The notes under the pieces: generated by a model | Database searches by the model: none | Seen by the model: only the letters and a program-made list of their open reading frames with translations | What the model was told of the DNA's origin: nothing | Program-made: the position numbers and the translations under genes | In this document: in pieces, positions 38,299 through 51,705 of the stretch | Layout: each line of letters begins with the position of its first letter | Position numbering within the stretch: position 1 is the stretch's first letter | Assembly: GCF_036321535.1 (NCBI RefSeq) | Contig: NC_087437.1 | Span: 17,424,001-17,488,000 of the forward strand | Reading direction: 5' to 3' | DNA from: Camelus dromedarius | Lineage: Eukaryota | DNA length: 64,000 nt

Positions 38299-39519
38299 GT
38301 AAGTTGGTTTTCAAAGGTAAATGGAAATAGAGCTCTGACTATTAAAAAAATAGAAGATTGCAGAGGTTAAGTGGCTTTCCTAAAATTAACCAGATGGTAG
38401 TAAGTTGGGATATAAGCATAAATATTCTGAGCAAAAGTCAATATTCTTTCCAGGTGTATTTATGTTTACTGAAATATAATCCCACACTGGATTATTTGGC
38501 CTTGTCTAGTTCAGCTGGTTTTGCCTTCCTGAAATACTTTCTGTTGCATTAAACTGAAAAATGAAGAAAATCGAACACTGGCTTCTTCGCTGAGAGTAGA
38601 ACAATGCAGTAGACCAAACTGGGAAAACATTCTTCAATTGCATATTGGGTGCACTGTCATCCTTACAATAACAGAAATCCATAAGTTTAAAAAATTGATA
38701 TTTGAGTTTTCTCTATAAATTGGTTGTTTGGGTGTACTTATTATGTACCGCAGAAATCCATTTAAACAAGCACTGTATTTGAAGTGCATCTGCAATAGAA
38801 GATAAATTCTGTCCTAATACTGGTAAAACTATAAAACCATAAAAATTGAATAAGGAGGTAGCTATGTGGACTCTCTTGGGTACTATCCAGGATATTAGAA
38901 TTTGATGATATTCATTTCCCTTTAAAATGGCCTTTAGTTTTCCTTGATAAAGGATATCACTCCTTTCCACTTTTAAAATCATAATTAGTATTGGCTTTGT
39001 GTGTATGTAGTTGTACAAAAGTGAATGTGTGATTGTACAAAAAGGTTGAAAGAGGAAAACCTGTGCATGCGTGCGTGTAGGGGAGAGAGGAAGGCAAGAT
39101 TGAAATTAATTGAACTGCCCAATGTGAAGTTCAGTGAACGGAGGGCTGTACATAACCCCTCAGGAAGAACAGGTGGTTGATGACAGGGAGAAGTGGGTGG
39201 GATTTGTTTTCTGTTAGATGCCTGACCTGACCCTGCTTTCCAAGACAAGCAGTGGGTGGAGAGGTTAGGAAGGCAGTGACCCTGGATTAATAACCATTAG
39301 TATAGGATGTTTCCAAGAAACCTACTGTTTGAAACTTTGGCAGTACTGCATAAGACACTTCTGTGGTTGATATAAACAATATAAAAGAAAGTTAGGTTAA
39401 GAAAAAGGAAGACTAAGAAAGTAGCTTGGTTACAGAGTACTGTATATTTTCTTGTGGGTAATTAAGCATAGATGTTAACCAAAATATACCATTATTTTTA
39501 GTAGTAGAATTTTAAAAGT

Positions 39520-39815
39520 AGAGGTCTCAAATAGGCATTTTTTTTGACCTGCAGAGTGTTTTTTAAACATTTTAATTCATTGTCAGCATTTAAATATTGG
39601 GATATTTATTAGAAAAATTTAGACATCAGACTTCCCTTTTAAAATTGGAAGGCCTGTCAGCATTGAGCCATATTCCTGCAAGGCAACAATTGCAGCTAGC
39701 TAAGTGGCCAGCCACCTCCTTTAGAGGCCACGCACTGTTGTTCCCCATAGCCACCCTATCCCTTGTCTACATTTCTTTTTTGCCCCTTGTAGGCATTTGA
39801 CTTTATATCCTTTTA
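39520..39815. mobile_element. MER102-like hAT fossil (related fragment at ~43480-43720)
   Basis: acatttaaatattggga...gagccatattcctgcaaggcaacaatt...ggcatttgacttt, recognised by eye. Confidence 0.5.
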
Positions 39816-40014
39816 CTAGCATTTATATTAGTTCTTATTTCTGTGTTCTTCATCTTTGAGAATTCAGACTATTATGTCAGCTACTCTGTAAGACCGCTAC
39901 TGTTAGCTACTAATTGAAAGGGGTAGATGTCTTGGACTTTGTCGTGTGTTTCTCCAGTAGTCCGAATGGAGAGAAGATAGCTCTTACACTTGAGATGTTA
40001 AACTGAAGAATTTG

Positions 40015-40262
40015 CCCTGGGCGTTAAGTAGAGAGTATTCGTTAAGAGACTTTGGAGTCTGACTTCTTAGATTTGAATCCTGGATCTTTTTTTTTAAACT
40101 CTCTTTTGTTAATGGATGATCTTGGGTAACTTAGTTCTCTTCAACCTTGATTTTTTTCAACTGTAAAATGGGTTTGTTTTGAGGAATAAAGGAGATAGAT
40201 AATTCATGTAAATAATTTAGCATCGTGCCTCATACTTAGTGCTCAAGTTTTAGCTATTATTA
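40015..40262 (+). mobile_element. MIR SINE (other MIR fragments at ~5075-5195, 28620-28820, 47330-47650, 51710-51935 and 60900-61050)
   Basis: gttaagagactttggagtctgac...tttgaatcctgg...gatcttgggtaacttag...ctgtaaaatggg core. Confidence 0.7.
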
Positions 40263-40330
40263 GTTTAATATAAAAATACTAATAGATGTCTTTCAAAATG
40301 CTTATCTGACATGTTTTTTTTCTCTTTTAG

Positions 40331-40525
40331 CCAAATGATTTCTCAGTATCACTAAAAGCACAAGGGAAAAACAAACATTTTAAAGTCCAACTAAAAGAGA
40401 CTGTCTACTGCATTGGGCAGCGTAAATTCAGCACCATGGAAGAACTTGTAGAACATTACAAAAAGGCACCAATCTTTACAAGTGAACAAGGAGAAAAATT
40501 GTATCTTATCAAGCATTTATCATGA
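40331..40525 (+). CDS. NCK1: NCK1 last coding exon (rest of SH2), stop TGA at 40523-40525
   Basis: Acceptor tttttttctctttt[66 protein letters not shown]; total CDS 1134 nt. Missed by the ORF track. Confidence 0.98.
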   Translation, partial: PNDFSVSLKAQGKNKHFKVQLKETVYCIGQRKFSTMEELVEHYKKAPIFTSEQGEKLYLIKHLS

Positions 40526-41290
40526 TACTGCTGACCAGAAGTGACTGCTACACAGTTTTAATTCATCATGTAATTGAAGACTGAGAAAATATCAGCCCAG
40601 TCATCCTTGACTGGAAATTGCTGTCTCTAACTCTATATGAGAATTGACTATATAGTATATAAGTATTTTTTATTATAATTCAGCTCATACATATATACTA
40701 CATATGCCAAGCATCTGCATAGAGCAATTTCTTATCTTTGGTCTTCTGTTTTATTGTTTTCTTTGCTGTTTTTCTCTTTGCTTCTAATATTAAGGTTTTA
40801 TATTTTAAAAATGATGCAGATCAGAAGTCTTTATATGGAAAAATTTCTTTTTTGCCTTTCCTTTATTTCCTTATAAGGGCACCACCTTAGTTACTTTTGC
40901 AGTGGTCTTCATATAAAATTATATCAGTTATATCAACATATGGCATATGCTAAAATACATTTCTTGGAGAGTTGATAATCTTTTCTGTGACTAAATAGCA
41001 ATAATAAATGGAAAATTGGAAATTATTTTCAGGTATTGTATTTGTCACAAGCCACTGTAAATATGAAGTATGTTGTGTCTGCTATTATTTTCAAAATTCA
41101 TTCATCTTCAGTGTAAAGCAAAACACATGGGACAGGTTAGAAAACATAACTTGAACAATTTAGATTTACAGCTGTTGGAAACAAAAATCTAAATTCCTAA
41201 GGTTTTTTTTTTTTTTTTTTTTTTGTGCTTCTCTCTCATCTGGTTATTCAAAAGAATAAAGCAGTCTCTGAGATATTTAGCTTTTCAAAC
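40526..41290 (+). other. NCK1: NCK1 3'UTR (proximal part) with candidate poly(A) signals
   Basis: AU-rich, repeat-free DNA after the stop; AATAAA at 41003-41008 and 41255-41260; TGTAAATA at 41056-41063. The true 3' end cannot be fixed from sequence. Confidence 0.65.
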
Positions 41291-44200
41291 TATAAATAGA
41301 GGCTCTAGTGTTATTTTTTTCCCCAGTGTTATTTTACCAGAGTGTCTTGTATTTGAATATGTTGTATCTCTGTCAGTGTGAAAAAAGCTCTGGCCAAATT
41401 TTGAGCAAGTAGGAGGCAATGAGATACTTGGCTCCCCCTCATCCCTCCCCTCCTAAACATCAGTAATTATCAGGTATAATATTTATACTATCTTCATTTT
41501 CATCTTTTAGCTTTTGAGTTTTGTTGACTGGGACACTAAAATTGATGTATACCTGAGGAAAAGTTAATGGTTAGGGAAAATCATTTTTAGGATCTTATTT
41601 TTACAGGTCCTTCTATTATGTTTTTGGTTATCAAGCAGAAATTTGGGTGTACAGAGGAGAGGCTACTATAGAGTATTGAGTCTACTTCTGTAGGTTGTAG
41701 GTTCTATCCAGTTGTAGTTTATGGTCACACCTTTCCCCCCATTATAAATTCTGGAGGTTTAATTTAAGCAAGGTAACCTTCAATGTTTTAATTAAAAACA
41801 CCTGCTAAAACCACAAAACTTAGTAAACAGTAGGAGGTCATATGAGATTTTGAAAAATGTCCCCAGTACCGCCTAGGCAAATGAATATTTCTATTCTTTA
41901 ACATGTTATATACAAGACACCAGAATTATTGATGTTAAAATTAAAGTCATCTAATTCGTGAGGTTTTTGATTTTGGTGTTTTTAAAATGTGTTTTATTTT
42001 AAATGTTTGTTTAATTCTCTAAAACTTTAAATCATTTAGTTTTACATTGCCACTGGGTGGCAGCCCTGGCTTCTCCCACTAAGCAACAGCAGTCAGTAAA
42101 TATGATTAAGACATTGATATACAATTTTTTATCTTCATTACATCTGTTTTTAAAACCTTTTGATTCATATTTCACTTATCTTTCTCAGCCTCCCTTTGTT
42201 TATTAAGGTGAGAATTAGTAGGCAAATTTAATGGAAACAAAATGTATGCTTACCTTTCTTTTTTGCTATAAAATCACTTGAGTATAAATTGAAGGAAATA
42301 GTTTAAAGTGGTTGTAAAATGACTGGGTAGTAAACATCTTTTTCATTTTAAACCAATACTTTATGATGCTTTCTTTTTATTTTCCATCTCTTTGTGGTCC
42401 CCCCCCTTCAGTCTTATTTAAAAAATGGATGTATGTTTTAAAAAAGGGGGGAGGGGAGAGCAATTAATATTTTATATCACAGACATGAGCTATTTATAGC
42501 AAACCCCTGCTGAGCTGATGTTAAGTATTTTGAGACAGTAGCTAGGAATGGAGTAGCACTGGAAGAATCCATATTTCTGTGCCATAATTAGATTTATGGT
42601 AACTGGAGAATTCCTAGATAGTCCATGTGTACCAATAATAGTTATTGTGTACTCTTCTTATTATGTGATGAAAACCTCACTGGAAACTAGTTAATTTTGT
42701 ACTTTTAACATTTTATCAGTTTTTTAAGGTCTTAAACCAACCTTTACATCAATGACTTTTTAAAGAGCATGAATTAATTTTCTTAAGAACTAGAACTATC
42801 TTAGAAAACAGCTACATAGCTAGCTAGTAGCAAGACTTGTATTAGAAACCAAGTTACCTTATTCCAAGCCTGGTATACCCTGTATCATGACACATTGGCC
42901 TCTGTGTGCTTGTTTTTAGACCAGGAGGAGAATCCTAGGAAGAGCAGTGTTAGAGAAATTTTCTTCCACCTGTGAAGAGGTGCTTAACTATCAATTTAAA
43001 TTTCATAACACACATTTCCCTACCCAACCCACATCTACAAATAACTTCTCCAAATCTTGGAATTACATAAACTCAGCAACAGAAAGCCATTGCTGCTGTA
43101 TCTGTTACTTGGTCATAAGTCCTTAAGTTCAGCTGAATGTTCACACATCATTGATACACAGGAACACAAGGCACCTGGCACTATTAAAGGTAGCGTGTCA
43201 CAGATACATCACTTAATAAAATAGGAAGGCCTAAGTGCGATCCATTGCCATTGCTGGAAGAATAGAAAGCCTAGCAGATGAGCAACTTGAGTTGTTAGAA
43301 TGTTATCCTCATGGATATGTGGACCGATTAATGGCATATAAGTTATCTCTAGCATTATTGCTTTAATTCTGTCATCTAATCCAAGATTGCAAGAAGCAGG
43401 GCCACTTCCATCTGTGTGGGTACCTTTGTGAGAATCAGGAAAAGGCACCTCTTCCCCTGGCAAGCACAGCCACTTTTGTTGTTGTGAAGCCCAAAGGTTA
43501 CCACCACTACCCTTCCCCTATCTTGCAAGGTGCCCTGCTCGAGATACAACCAAATAGGAATGCAGTTCAACCCACACTGCTTAAAAAAATAAATTGTTAA
43601 CATTTAAAAATCGAGGTATTTCACATAAAATTCAGAGTTCTGGTTTGCCCTGAAAAATGAGAAGCTGATAATACTGAATTTGAATTCCTGCAAAGTGACT
43701 ACAAGGTAGTATGGATGGTCCTTTTATTTTTACCAATGCACTAGGTAAAAAAAATTAAACTAGTGTAAATAAGTCTCTTTCCCATCCTTTATCTCCCTAG
43801 TTCAAATCTCCAAGTGCAGTTACTGTTACTTCCTGCTTTTCCTGTAACTTGGAGTTTTTGGTTTGGAATCTGGAAACTCACTTTTCAGAAACATGTCAAT
43901 GAATTAGCAATGTAGTGTTACAGTGTGCTTTAATTTTCCCACTTTCACATTTTGCTGGAAGATAAAGGGATCCTTTGTAATCTTGTATCTTTTAACTGTT
44001 TTTGAATGGCTTCACAACTGAAGTCACTTCTAACAAAGCACATTTGATAAAGGGTAGATGACTTCCTCGTTTTATGTTTGGAATAGCATCCAGTGGACTT
44101 TTTGAAAATGCCATATTACAGCTGCGGAAAACCAATATTTTATTCTATTGCAAGGCAAGGTGTAGGAGCTCCTCTCTTCTGATAAACTGGTTCTTTTGGT

Positions 44201-47200
44201 TTAGCAAGTTTATATGACTCAACTTCTAAACGCTTACAGACCAGAATGCTATGCATACTGCACACCTCAGTTTCTTGCTGCTACATGACCTAAAACCAAA
44301 TGACTGAAGAACTGAAATGTATTTTCCTAGTTTACTAATGAGTGATTCTTTTGAAAGTATATAGAGTTTGCTGAGACTTGTTTAATAAGTAGAACATAAA
44401 TTGGGTATGGTGAGGTTTTGAAGAGCAGGAGGAGGAGTTTTAGTTATCATTGGCCGTGTTCTCACAGGTAAATATTTTAAACCAAAGTGTCTTTTTTGAG
44501 AATATGTTTGTTGGCCAGGGCACTTTCACTATCTCAGAAACATCAGAATTGGCCTGATGCCTGCAATGGCTTAGCCCGAACATTTAATTTACTTAGGACT
44601 GGCTGATTTTTAAATGTTTCTACTCAAATTACTTAAGCTGTTTTTAAAGCTCATGGAAAAGCTGGTCTCACTATTTTGGAATAACGTTGCAAGTTTTATT
44701 TGTAGTTACAGCTACAGAAGACAAAGAGCACTCAATTTTCTCTCTCCGTGTTTTCTTGTACCTCATGGAATGATAATGACTTTCAAACAGGAAAACAAAC
44801 ATTAAAACTAGACAAAAATAAACATCTAAGGTAGTTAAGATAATTGCTTTAAATAAATCTCTAGGCTAAGATAATATCTTAAACTCCGTAGAAAATTTGC
44901 TTTGGGGAAATTATGGGGATAGGTGGATTCCAGAATGAGACTGAAGTGTTGTCTGTTTTAGGTTGAACACTGGCATGGTTATTGATATTTTTTGAATGCT
45001 TGTAAGAGAAATTAATCCTTGAATAAGCATGCCTTTTCTCAGAACAAGTAATGACAAACCTTTACTTGTTTTGGTATGTTTTCTAGACTATAGGTAAGAG
45101 GATGTAGAAAACAAATACTGTTTTCATCAGGGCATATACTAATTACTTGGTATTGATAAGAAAAGTATGTTTTCTCTGTAACATCTGTGTATGATCCTGT
45201 GTCTGTTTAGCTTTTGGAGACATTTATCAGCATCCAAGCAACTCACCTCAAATATTTGTGCAGGTGCTGGACCAATCTAGCAATATGATAGTGAAGAAAA
45301 CGGACAAAGTCATCCAAAAGCTGTCGTAAAACTTACATTTCTAGTGGTGTAATGCCTGATGGAGAAGTGCTATGAAGAAAAAACAGAATGAAGGGTTGGA
45401 GAGTGAGAGCGGGGTGTTAATTTGTATAGGATGGTCAAAGGAGGCCTCTGGTTAAATTGGTCTTGAGCACGTATGCTTCACTTAATAAAATCACTGATGA
45501 CTAGGATTAAATGAGTGAAAGTGAAAATACAGCAACCAAAATCATTTGAACATTACATTAAGATCTTCACTATTAGAGAGTATTGTTTCTAGTTTTCAAA
45601 TTTGAAGATTGAATAAAATGGTATTTGTTTTATTTAAATGTGGAACTTTTAACTACAAAGTGCAATTCTGAGTAAGGCCTGATTCTCCATCTTAAGAGGA
45701 GTTGTTGGGAGAATGTCGCATAGAAAAGAGCCAGTTACAACTATAGGAAGAAGGACAGCTGGACAGACAAGGGTTTTCATTCATCACACCCTAAGGAAAG
45801 AATTGAGATTAAGGGAGGTTAAATTCTTCACTGGTGGCCAGACAATAAACTAGGAAGGAAACTGAAAAAGTAAAATATGTTCAGAGAAGGGCTGCAAGAA
45901 ACCTGAAAACTAAAGCGTGAAAGTTTGTGGAAGTGATACCTGGAGCAGATTCAGTGGAAGTGGGAGTTAGAAGAATCTAAGACAAGGAGAATGCTACTGT
46001 TTAAATACCCTGTGTTGTGTTACTTCCAGGAAAAAAAAATTGAGACAGCGGGTTACAATTAAATGTGAGATGCTAAAACACAGGACATAGATATTTAGGA
46101 ATCTTGGTAAAGGGAAGAGAACTATTCTGTGCTAAGTAGGACAAGGAAGGGTTATTGGAATTAATTAACCATGTAGTCCATGTCGGCACCAGGACCTACC
46201 CTGCACTTGCACAACCCTAAGAGTGAGTGCCTCAAATTTTTTGCCCTGGTGCCTCCCTTGCTTAATTCTAGTCCCAACCTTATGGGGCTCAGAGAGCTTA
46301 GGAGTCTTCCTTGACCATCAACCTCCTTTATCCCTCCCCACTCTATACCTTTCCATAAAAACCTTGTGTCTCCTTGCTTTTCCTTCCATAATTAAATGGC
46401 AAATAGTGTAACAGGAAAAAAAATTCATATTTCTAGACTGTGTACCTTATGTTAGGAAATAGCTTCATTCTTCCACCAGTGCATCTTCATACACGGATGA
46501 TTGATCATCTTCAGCTCTGGAAGGCAGTGGAAATTAATGCAGGCAACAGGTTAGGATAGTTTGGTTTTGGCATGCTGCACAGACAAAAGATCACAACCAG
46601 CTGATGAGAGTGCATAGAAAGAGAAGTTCCTCAAAGCCAGAAGAGAAAGGCAAGATCAGAGTTGGGGATGTCCAGGCAAGGGTAGAGGCTAGCAGGTGCG
46701 GTATAGCCCTCAAGAAGTTCTCACTCAATGGCATGGGTCCTGCAGAGGTGGCTGGTTTGAGTGCCTTGTTGATTCATCAGCCAGTCCTGAGAGGGACTGT
46801 CATTCAAAAGCTTGTGGCAGGCAGGTAGCATTACCCTTCAGTGCCCCTAGATGTGTGCTGAGCCCAGGACAGAGACTCCTTGCAGTGGCTTGTGAAGAGT
46901 TGGCAGGCAGTATTGCCTTGTCAACATGGCAGTTCTGGGCAGGGGCATCCTGACAGGGACCCAGGCCTAGTTGAGCTAACTATCTTAAGACCTCGAGTTT
47001 TGGTGAACAACTTTCCTTCTTCCCCCGTAGCATAACTAAATGAGTCTTGATCTTTCTCCCATTTTCTGTTTACTTTCCTTTTCCTTTTCATCCTTAGTCT
47101 ATTTTCCCTTCAACATTTCCATCCTTGGGCCTTGCCCATGCCATTCTCCCAATTGGAATGCTGAACTGCAAACTCACCCCTTCTATCCAAATCTAAATGG

Positions 47201-48309
47201 GTACATCCTTGGAATTCCATATTGAGGTCTGTCTGTTATCTAAACCTTTTGTTAATCTTCTAGATCACTCACTCACTGTTTTATGTCCCTCAAACACATT
47301 GTAAGCCCTCCTTTGGTGCTAATTGGAAGGCAGTAAGGTGAGTGAAAAGAACTTGGAGTTAGGCAGATCTCTGTCAGAATTCCTGTCTCCATCCCCGACT
47401 AGCTCTAAGATCTACAGTAAGTAAATTTCAGATGTGTCCTCATTTAAAAAGTTATATAATATATGGAAATGTGTATGGAGTTCAGGGATCAAGGAGAGCA
47501 TGCACCAAGTGTTCTACCATGATGAGGTCAATATACAGATGAGGACACTAAAACAATTGTTCAAAACCACAACTAGTGACTGGCAGAGCCCAAATGCCAA
47601 TCCAGACAGTCTGGCTCCAGAGTCCATGCTTTTAATGACTACCCTCTAATGGGTATCTCCAACCGGAAGCCTTTGCTGATTCAGTGGCCAAACTGAAAAA
47701 TGGGTAGCCCCCAAAGGGCCAGTCAGAGCAAATAAGCCCTAATTAATAAATAATAGTTAATATTATTAATATGACAAATGGTTAATACAGCATTTGTGAA
47801 GACTTGTGTTCCTGGCACTGTGCTGATGTGCTTTGTCTGCATTCTTTAATTCCCACAACTATTATACAAGACATTGTATCTATTTTATAAAAATGGGGTT
47901 CATGGAGTTGCTTTCTTCCCCATCACATCAAAAGAGCACTGCTTTTCTCATCCACTTCTCAACCTACAACCATCTGGATTCTGATCCAAATTCTCTGCTG
48001 AAACTCCTCTTACTGAGATTACAAATGATCTTCTAGGTGACATAAATCCAAGAGACATTTTCCAGTGATTGATTCAGTGACTCTTCTGCACCCCCCTTTG
48101 ATGATCACTCCATGCTTCATCATTTCCAGGACCATAGTTTGTCCCAGGACCACCTCTCTGACCTATTTTTTTCCCCTTATATCTTCCTATTTCATTTTTC
48201 TTGTGTTGGTCCTTAAATGTGGATCTTCTCCAGGAACACACTCACACTCCTCCTTTAATCAAACAGTATAAAAAGATACACAGCACCACAAGAATTGAAA
48301 GCAATAGTT

Positions 48310-48765
48310 AAAATGTAGAAGCACCTCAAATGCCCATCAATGAATGAATGGATAAGCAAAATGTGGCATGTGGAATATTATTCAGCCATTAAAAGGAAGG
48401 GAATTCTGCAATATGCTACAAAATGGATGAACTTTGGGGACATTATGCTAAGTGAAATAAGCCAGTCACAAAAGACATGTGCTGCATGAGTCCACTTATG
48501 AGGTACTTAGAGTAGTCAAAATCGTAAAGACAGAAAATATAATGGTGGTTGCCAGGGGCTGGGGGGAGGGAAGAAGGGGGAGTTCTTCTTTATTGAATAC
48601 AGTTTCAGTTTTAGAAGATGAAAAGAGTTATGGGAACAGATGGTGGTGATGGTTACACAACAATTTGGATGTATTTACTACCACTGGACTGTATAGTTAA
48701 AAATGGTTAAGATGGTAAATTTTATGTTATGTGTATTTTACCACAATAAAAACAATTTTTTAAAT
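48310..48765 (+). mobile_element. L1MB-like 3' end
   Basis: caaatgcccatcaatgaatgaatggataagcaaaatgtgg...atggtaaattttatgttatgtgtattttaccacaataaa. Confidence 0.85.
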
Positions 48766-49373
48766 CCTCAAACAAAAGATACTGCAAAGAGTCTCGTCCC
48801 CGTTTTCCTCCTCCGTCTTTCCAATCCCCACTCTCTTTGCCCCAGGGTAAATAATCTTGGTAATTGCTCTATCTCGGTCCATATTTTCTTTTTGCAAATG
48901 CAAGCAAATATGAAGTTATGTATTCTTCATCTCGACTTTTGAAAAATATTTAAAAAAAATTTTTTAACTTTACTTTTTCTGAAGTAAGGATGTAGCAAAA
49001 AGAGCTGATCAGTACCCAGCTTGAATGTACTCACAAGAGGGAGACTTGGAAGACAATAGTTATCTGATGAGAGGATCAAATAATCTTGCCTTCTCACTAC
49101 CAAGGGGTCCTCTAGGGACCAGCAGGGTCCTCAAGGACAGAGCCTATGGTCCAGGTATCTCCCCCATGCACATTCATAAGTTCCCCAGAGCTGCCCTTTC
49201 TCTGGAACTCTTCGAGGCCACTCCCCCTGATGCAATACCTGGGTTTGGGCAGAAAGGAGAGTGCTTCACAGCCCGCCTCTTCTAAGCTGTCTGGGCTGGC
49301 TCTTCTTTTCAGAGTGATTCAGGTGTTACAGCGACTCAGACCTCAGGTCCAACATCTGAGTTCTGAAGCAAGA

Positions 49374-49433
49374 ATGGCTGAGATGGACAGAGTGCTTCAT
49401 TCTGGAAGGAAACAACGTTCCAGGTCAAGTTGA
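49374..49433 (+). promoter_or_regulatory. Candidate uORF (MAEMDRVLHSGRKQRSRSS*) in the presumed IL20RB 5'UTR
   Basis: agaATGG strong Kozak, with a second in-frame ATG at 49383. TGA at 49431-49433 lies 24 nt before the main ATG, in the same frame. Confidence 0.55.
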
Positions 49434-49457
49434 GTCTGCCAAACACAGACCCTCACG

Positions 49458-49530
49458 ATGGTTCTGGAAGAAATCTCGACAAGTCTTATCATGTGGTTTT
49501 CCTACGCCTTGATTCCTTGTTTGCTCATAG
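49458..49530 (+). CDS. IL20RB: Interleukin-20 receptor beta, exon 1 (signal peptide)
   Basis: MVLEEISTSLIMWFSYALIPCLLI, similar to human MVLEEIWTSLFMWFFYALIPCLLT; donor AG|GTAAGT at 49531; phase 1. Confidence 0.92.
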
Positions 49531-50707
49531 GTAAGTATGAATCTGGCCAATAGTCTGGGACTCAAATATAGGTTAAGAAGGTGAAAAATACTTTCCCGGG
49601 GTTTGAGGTGTCAGTATATGCATCGAACATCTTATGTCTGTTTTAAAAAATCCTCTATCTAACAAAATACATGTGAATAAAAAGACATAATTTGCAACCT
49701 TAATATTGGGTACAAGTCATAAAAATTGGATTTCTCTTGTGGTCATTGCAGAAAAGGTAGCAGTCAAGTACTTCGTACCATTTAAAAAAAAAATTGGCTT
49801 GGGGCATTTTGCCTGCCGGTAAGATTACTCAAGTTTCTCTGTTCCACTCTTGGCTGCTTGCATCTACGTGTTTTATTGTTTCAAAATTGCAGCTCCTTAG
49901 CCTTTGATGTGTCTTCCTGTCAAATCAAGTTTAAGAGATATTTCTCATTTGAATACTCTAAGGTAGTGGGCACTTGGCAGTGTTGATGGGAGTCTAGAGT
50001 ATTTTCTCTCTTTCTTTTCTTTTTTAACACCGAGAACTACGTATTCTAGTGTAAGTTTAAATCAGGTAACAAATCAGTGCCGGGGTAATTAGCAAATGTT
50101 TAGAACTGACTTCAAAACCAAATCTATGCCTGCCTAGCTGAAAACCCTTCACAGTTCTCCATGTCTCAGCACATGATGTTCAGATCTGCTGTTTTTTTCA
50201 TGACCCACTATATTCAAGCCCCAATCCTATTTCTCACTACTCCTTGGAAACAAGTATGGGCCACATGCAGCTGGAGTCTTCACAGCTGGCATGTTATACC
50301 CTCATTTCCTCCTCCTGGCCTTTATTGTTGTATTTTCCCACCAGAAAATCTCCAGTCCCTTACTCCATCCCAAACCCATCCTCCCATCATGATTCCAGAT
50401 GGGTCCCTGCACCTACAGACCCTTTCCAGACCTCTCTCCTTTAACCCTTGACCGCATGCACTCTATTTCGGTGAGTTACTTCTGTTTCCTGCACTGAAGG
50501 TCTGAAGACAGGGCCTGACCATCTTTCCTGGTGTCCCCACAGCCCTTACCATAGGCTAAGCATGTTGGTTGACTGGTTAGTTAGTTGACCGATTGATTAG
50601 CTGGTGGGACAAACAAGTTGCCAGGAAAACACTCCTCCACTAAGCCAGAGGGAGAAGATAGGGAGACCGAATGAGAGGGGGAAAGGCCAGCATTTTCTCC
50701 CTATTTC

Positions 50708-50965
50708 TTTTAAATTGAGATATAATTGAGATATAACATTATGTTAGTTTCAGATGTACAACATAATGATTTGACATTTGTATGTATTATGAAATGATCA
50801 CTGTAGTAAGTCTAGTCAACAGCTGTCACCATACATAGTTACACATTTTTTTCTTGTGACAAAGTCTTTTAAGATCTACTCTCTTAGCAGCTTTCAAATG
50901 TGTCGTACCCATGACATTTGTTTTATAACTGGAAATTTATACTTTTTGATCCCCTTCACCCATCT
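50708..50965 (-). mobile_element. L1MA-like 3' terminus, antisense
   Basis: aattgagatataacattatgttagtttcagatgtacaacataatgatt...taagatctactctcttagca. Confidence 0.75.
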
Positions 50966-51582
50966 TTTAATTTAACATTTTCTTCGATGAGGCAGTCCAA
51001 TATTTTAAGCCTTTTCCTGAAAACTATTTTAAAACAGACCCAGAGGTTAATGTGCTCTTCTGACACCTGTAAATTTACACAGGGGAAAAAAAAGAAAAAA
51101 ACCTACCCCACCCCCCCAACCAAAAAAAAAAAAAAAAAGTGATGGAAACCACAAAGATGTCAGAGCCAGAAAGACTTTTGTGTGAGTTTTGGCTTTTATC
51201 ACTTGCTAGTTCAGTTTCACATCACATCACTTCAGTTTCCTCATCTGTAAAACTGTCAAAATAGCCACTTTGAGGTTGGGAGGTGTCACAAGAGATGATG
51301 CAAACAAAGGCGCTGTGAAGATGTCAGCGTGCCCACCCCAGGTTACTTATCATCTGTTGGTTATGCAAACAGATGGGGTGTCGGCAGATAATTGCTTTAG
51401 CTGAGGTCGCCTTTACGCAGTTGATCATTTCCTCTGGATTATGTAGGAGCCTGCAATGAATTCTGGAAATTCTAAATGAACTGCTATTACTTACCCTAGA
51501 TCCCTGGGACAGATGGGTAGCGTTCTTGCTCTCTTTTATAGAATTCATTTGCCTTGCCTTGTCCTGTTCAACGATTCCCACT

Positions 51583-51705
51583 AGAAATAATAATAATTAA
51601 TATCAACAAAAATAATAATATTAATAATTATAATAAATAATAATTATTGATGAAATTAATAATATTAATACTTATTGATAGCATTAATAATAGTAATAAT
51701 AACAA
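51583..51705. repeat. AT-rich (AAT/TAA)n low-complexity tract
   Basis: Direct reading. Confidence 0.85.

Noticed and set aside
37597..38370. Standalone 257-aa ORF
   Set aside because: It is NCK1 exon 3 read from an internal GTG and running through the splice donor into the intron.
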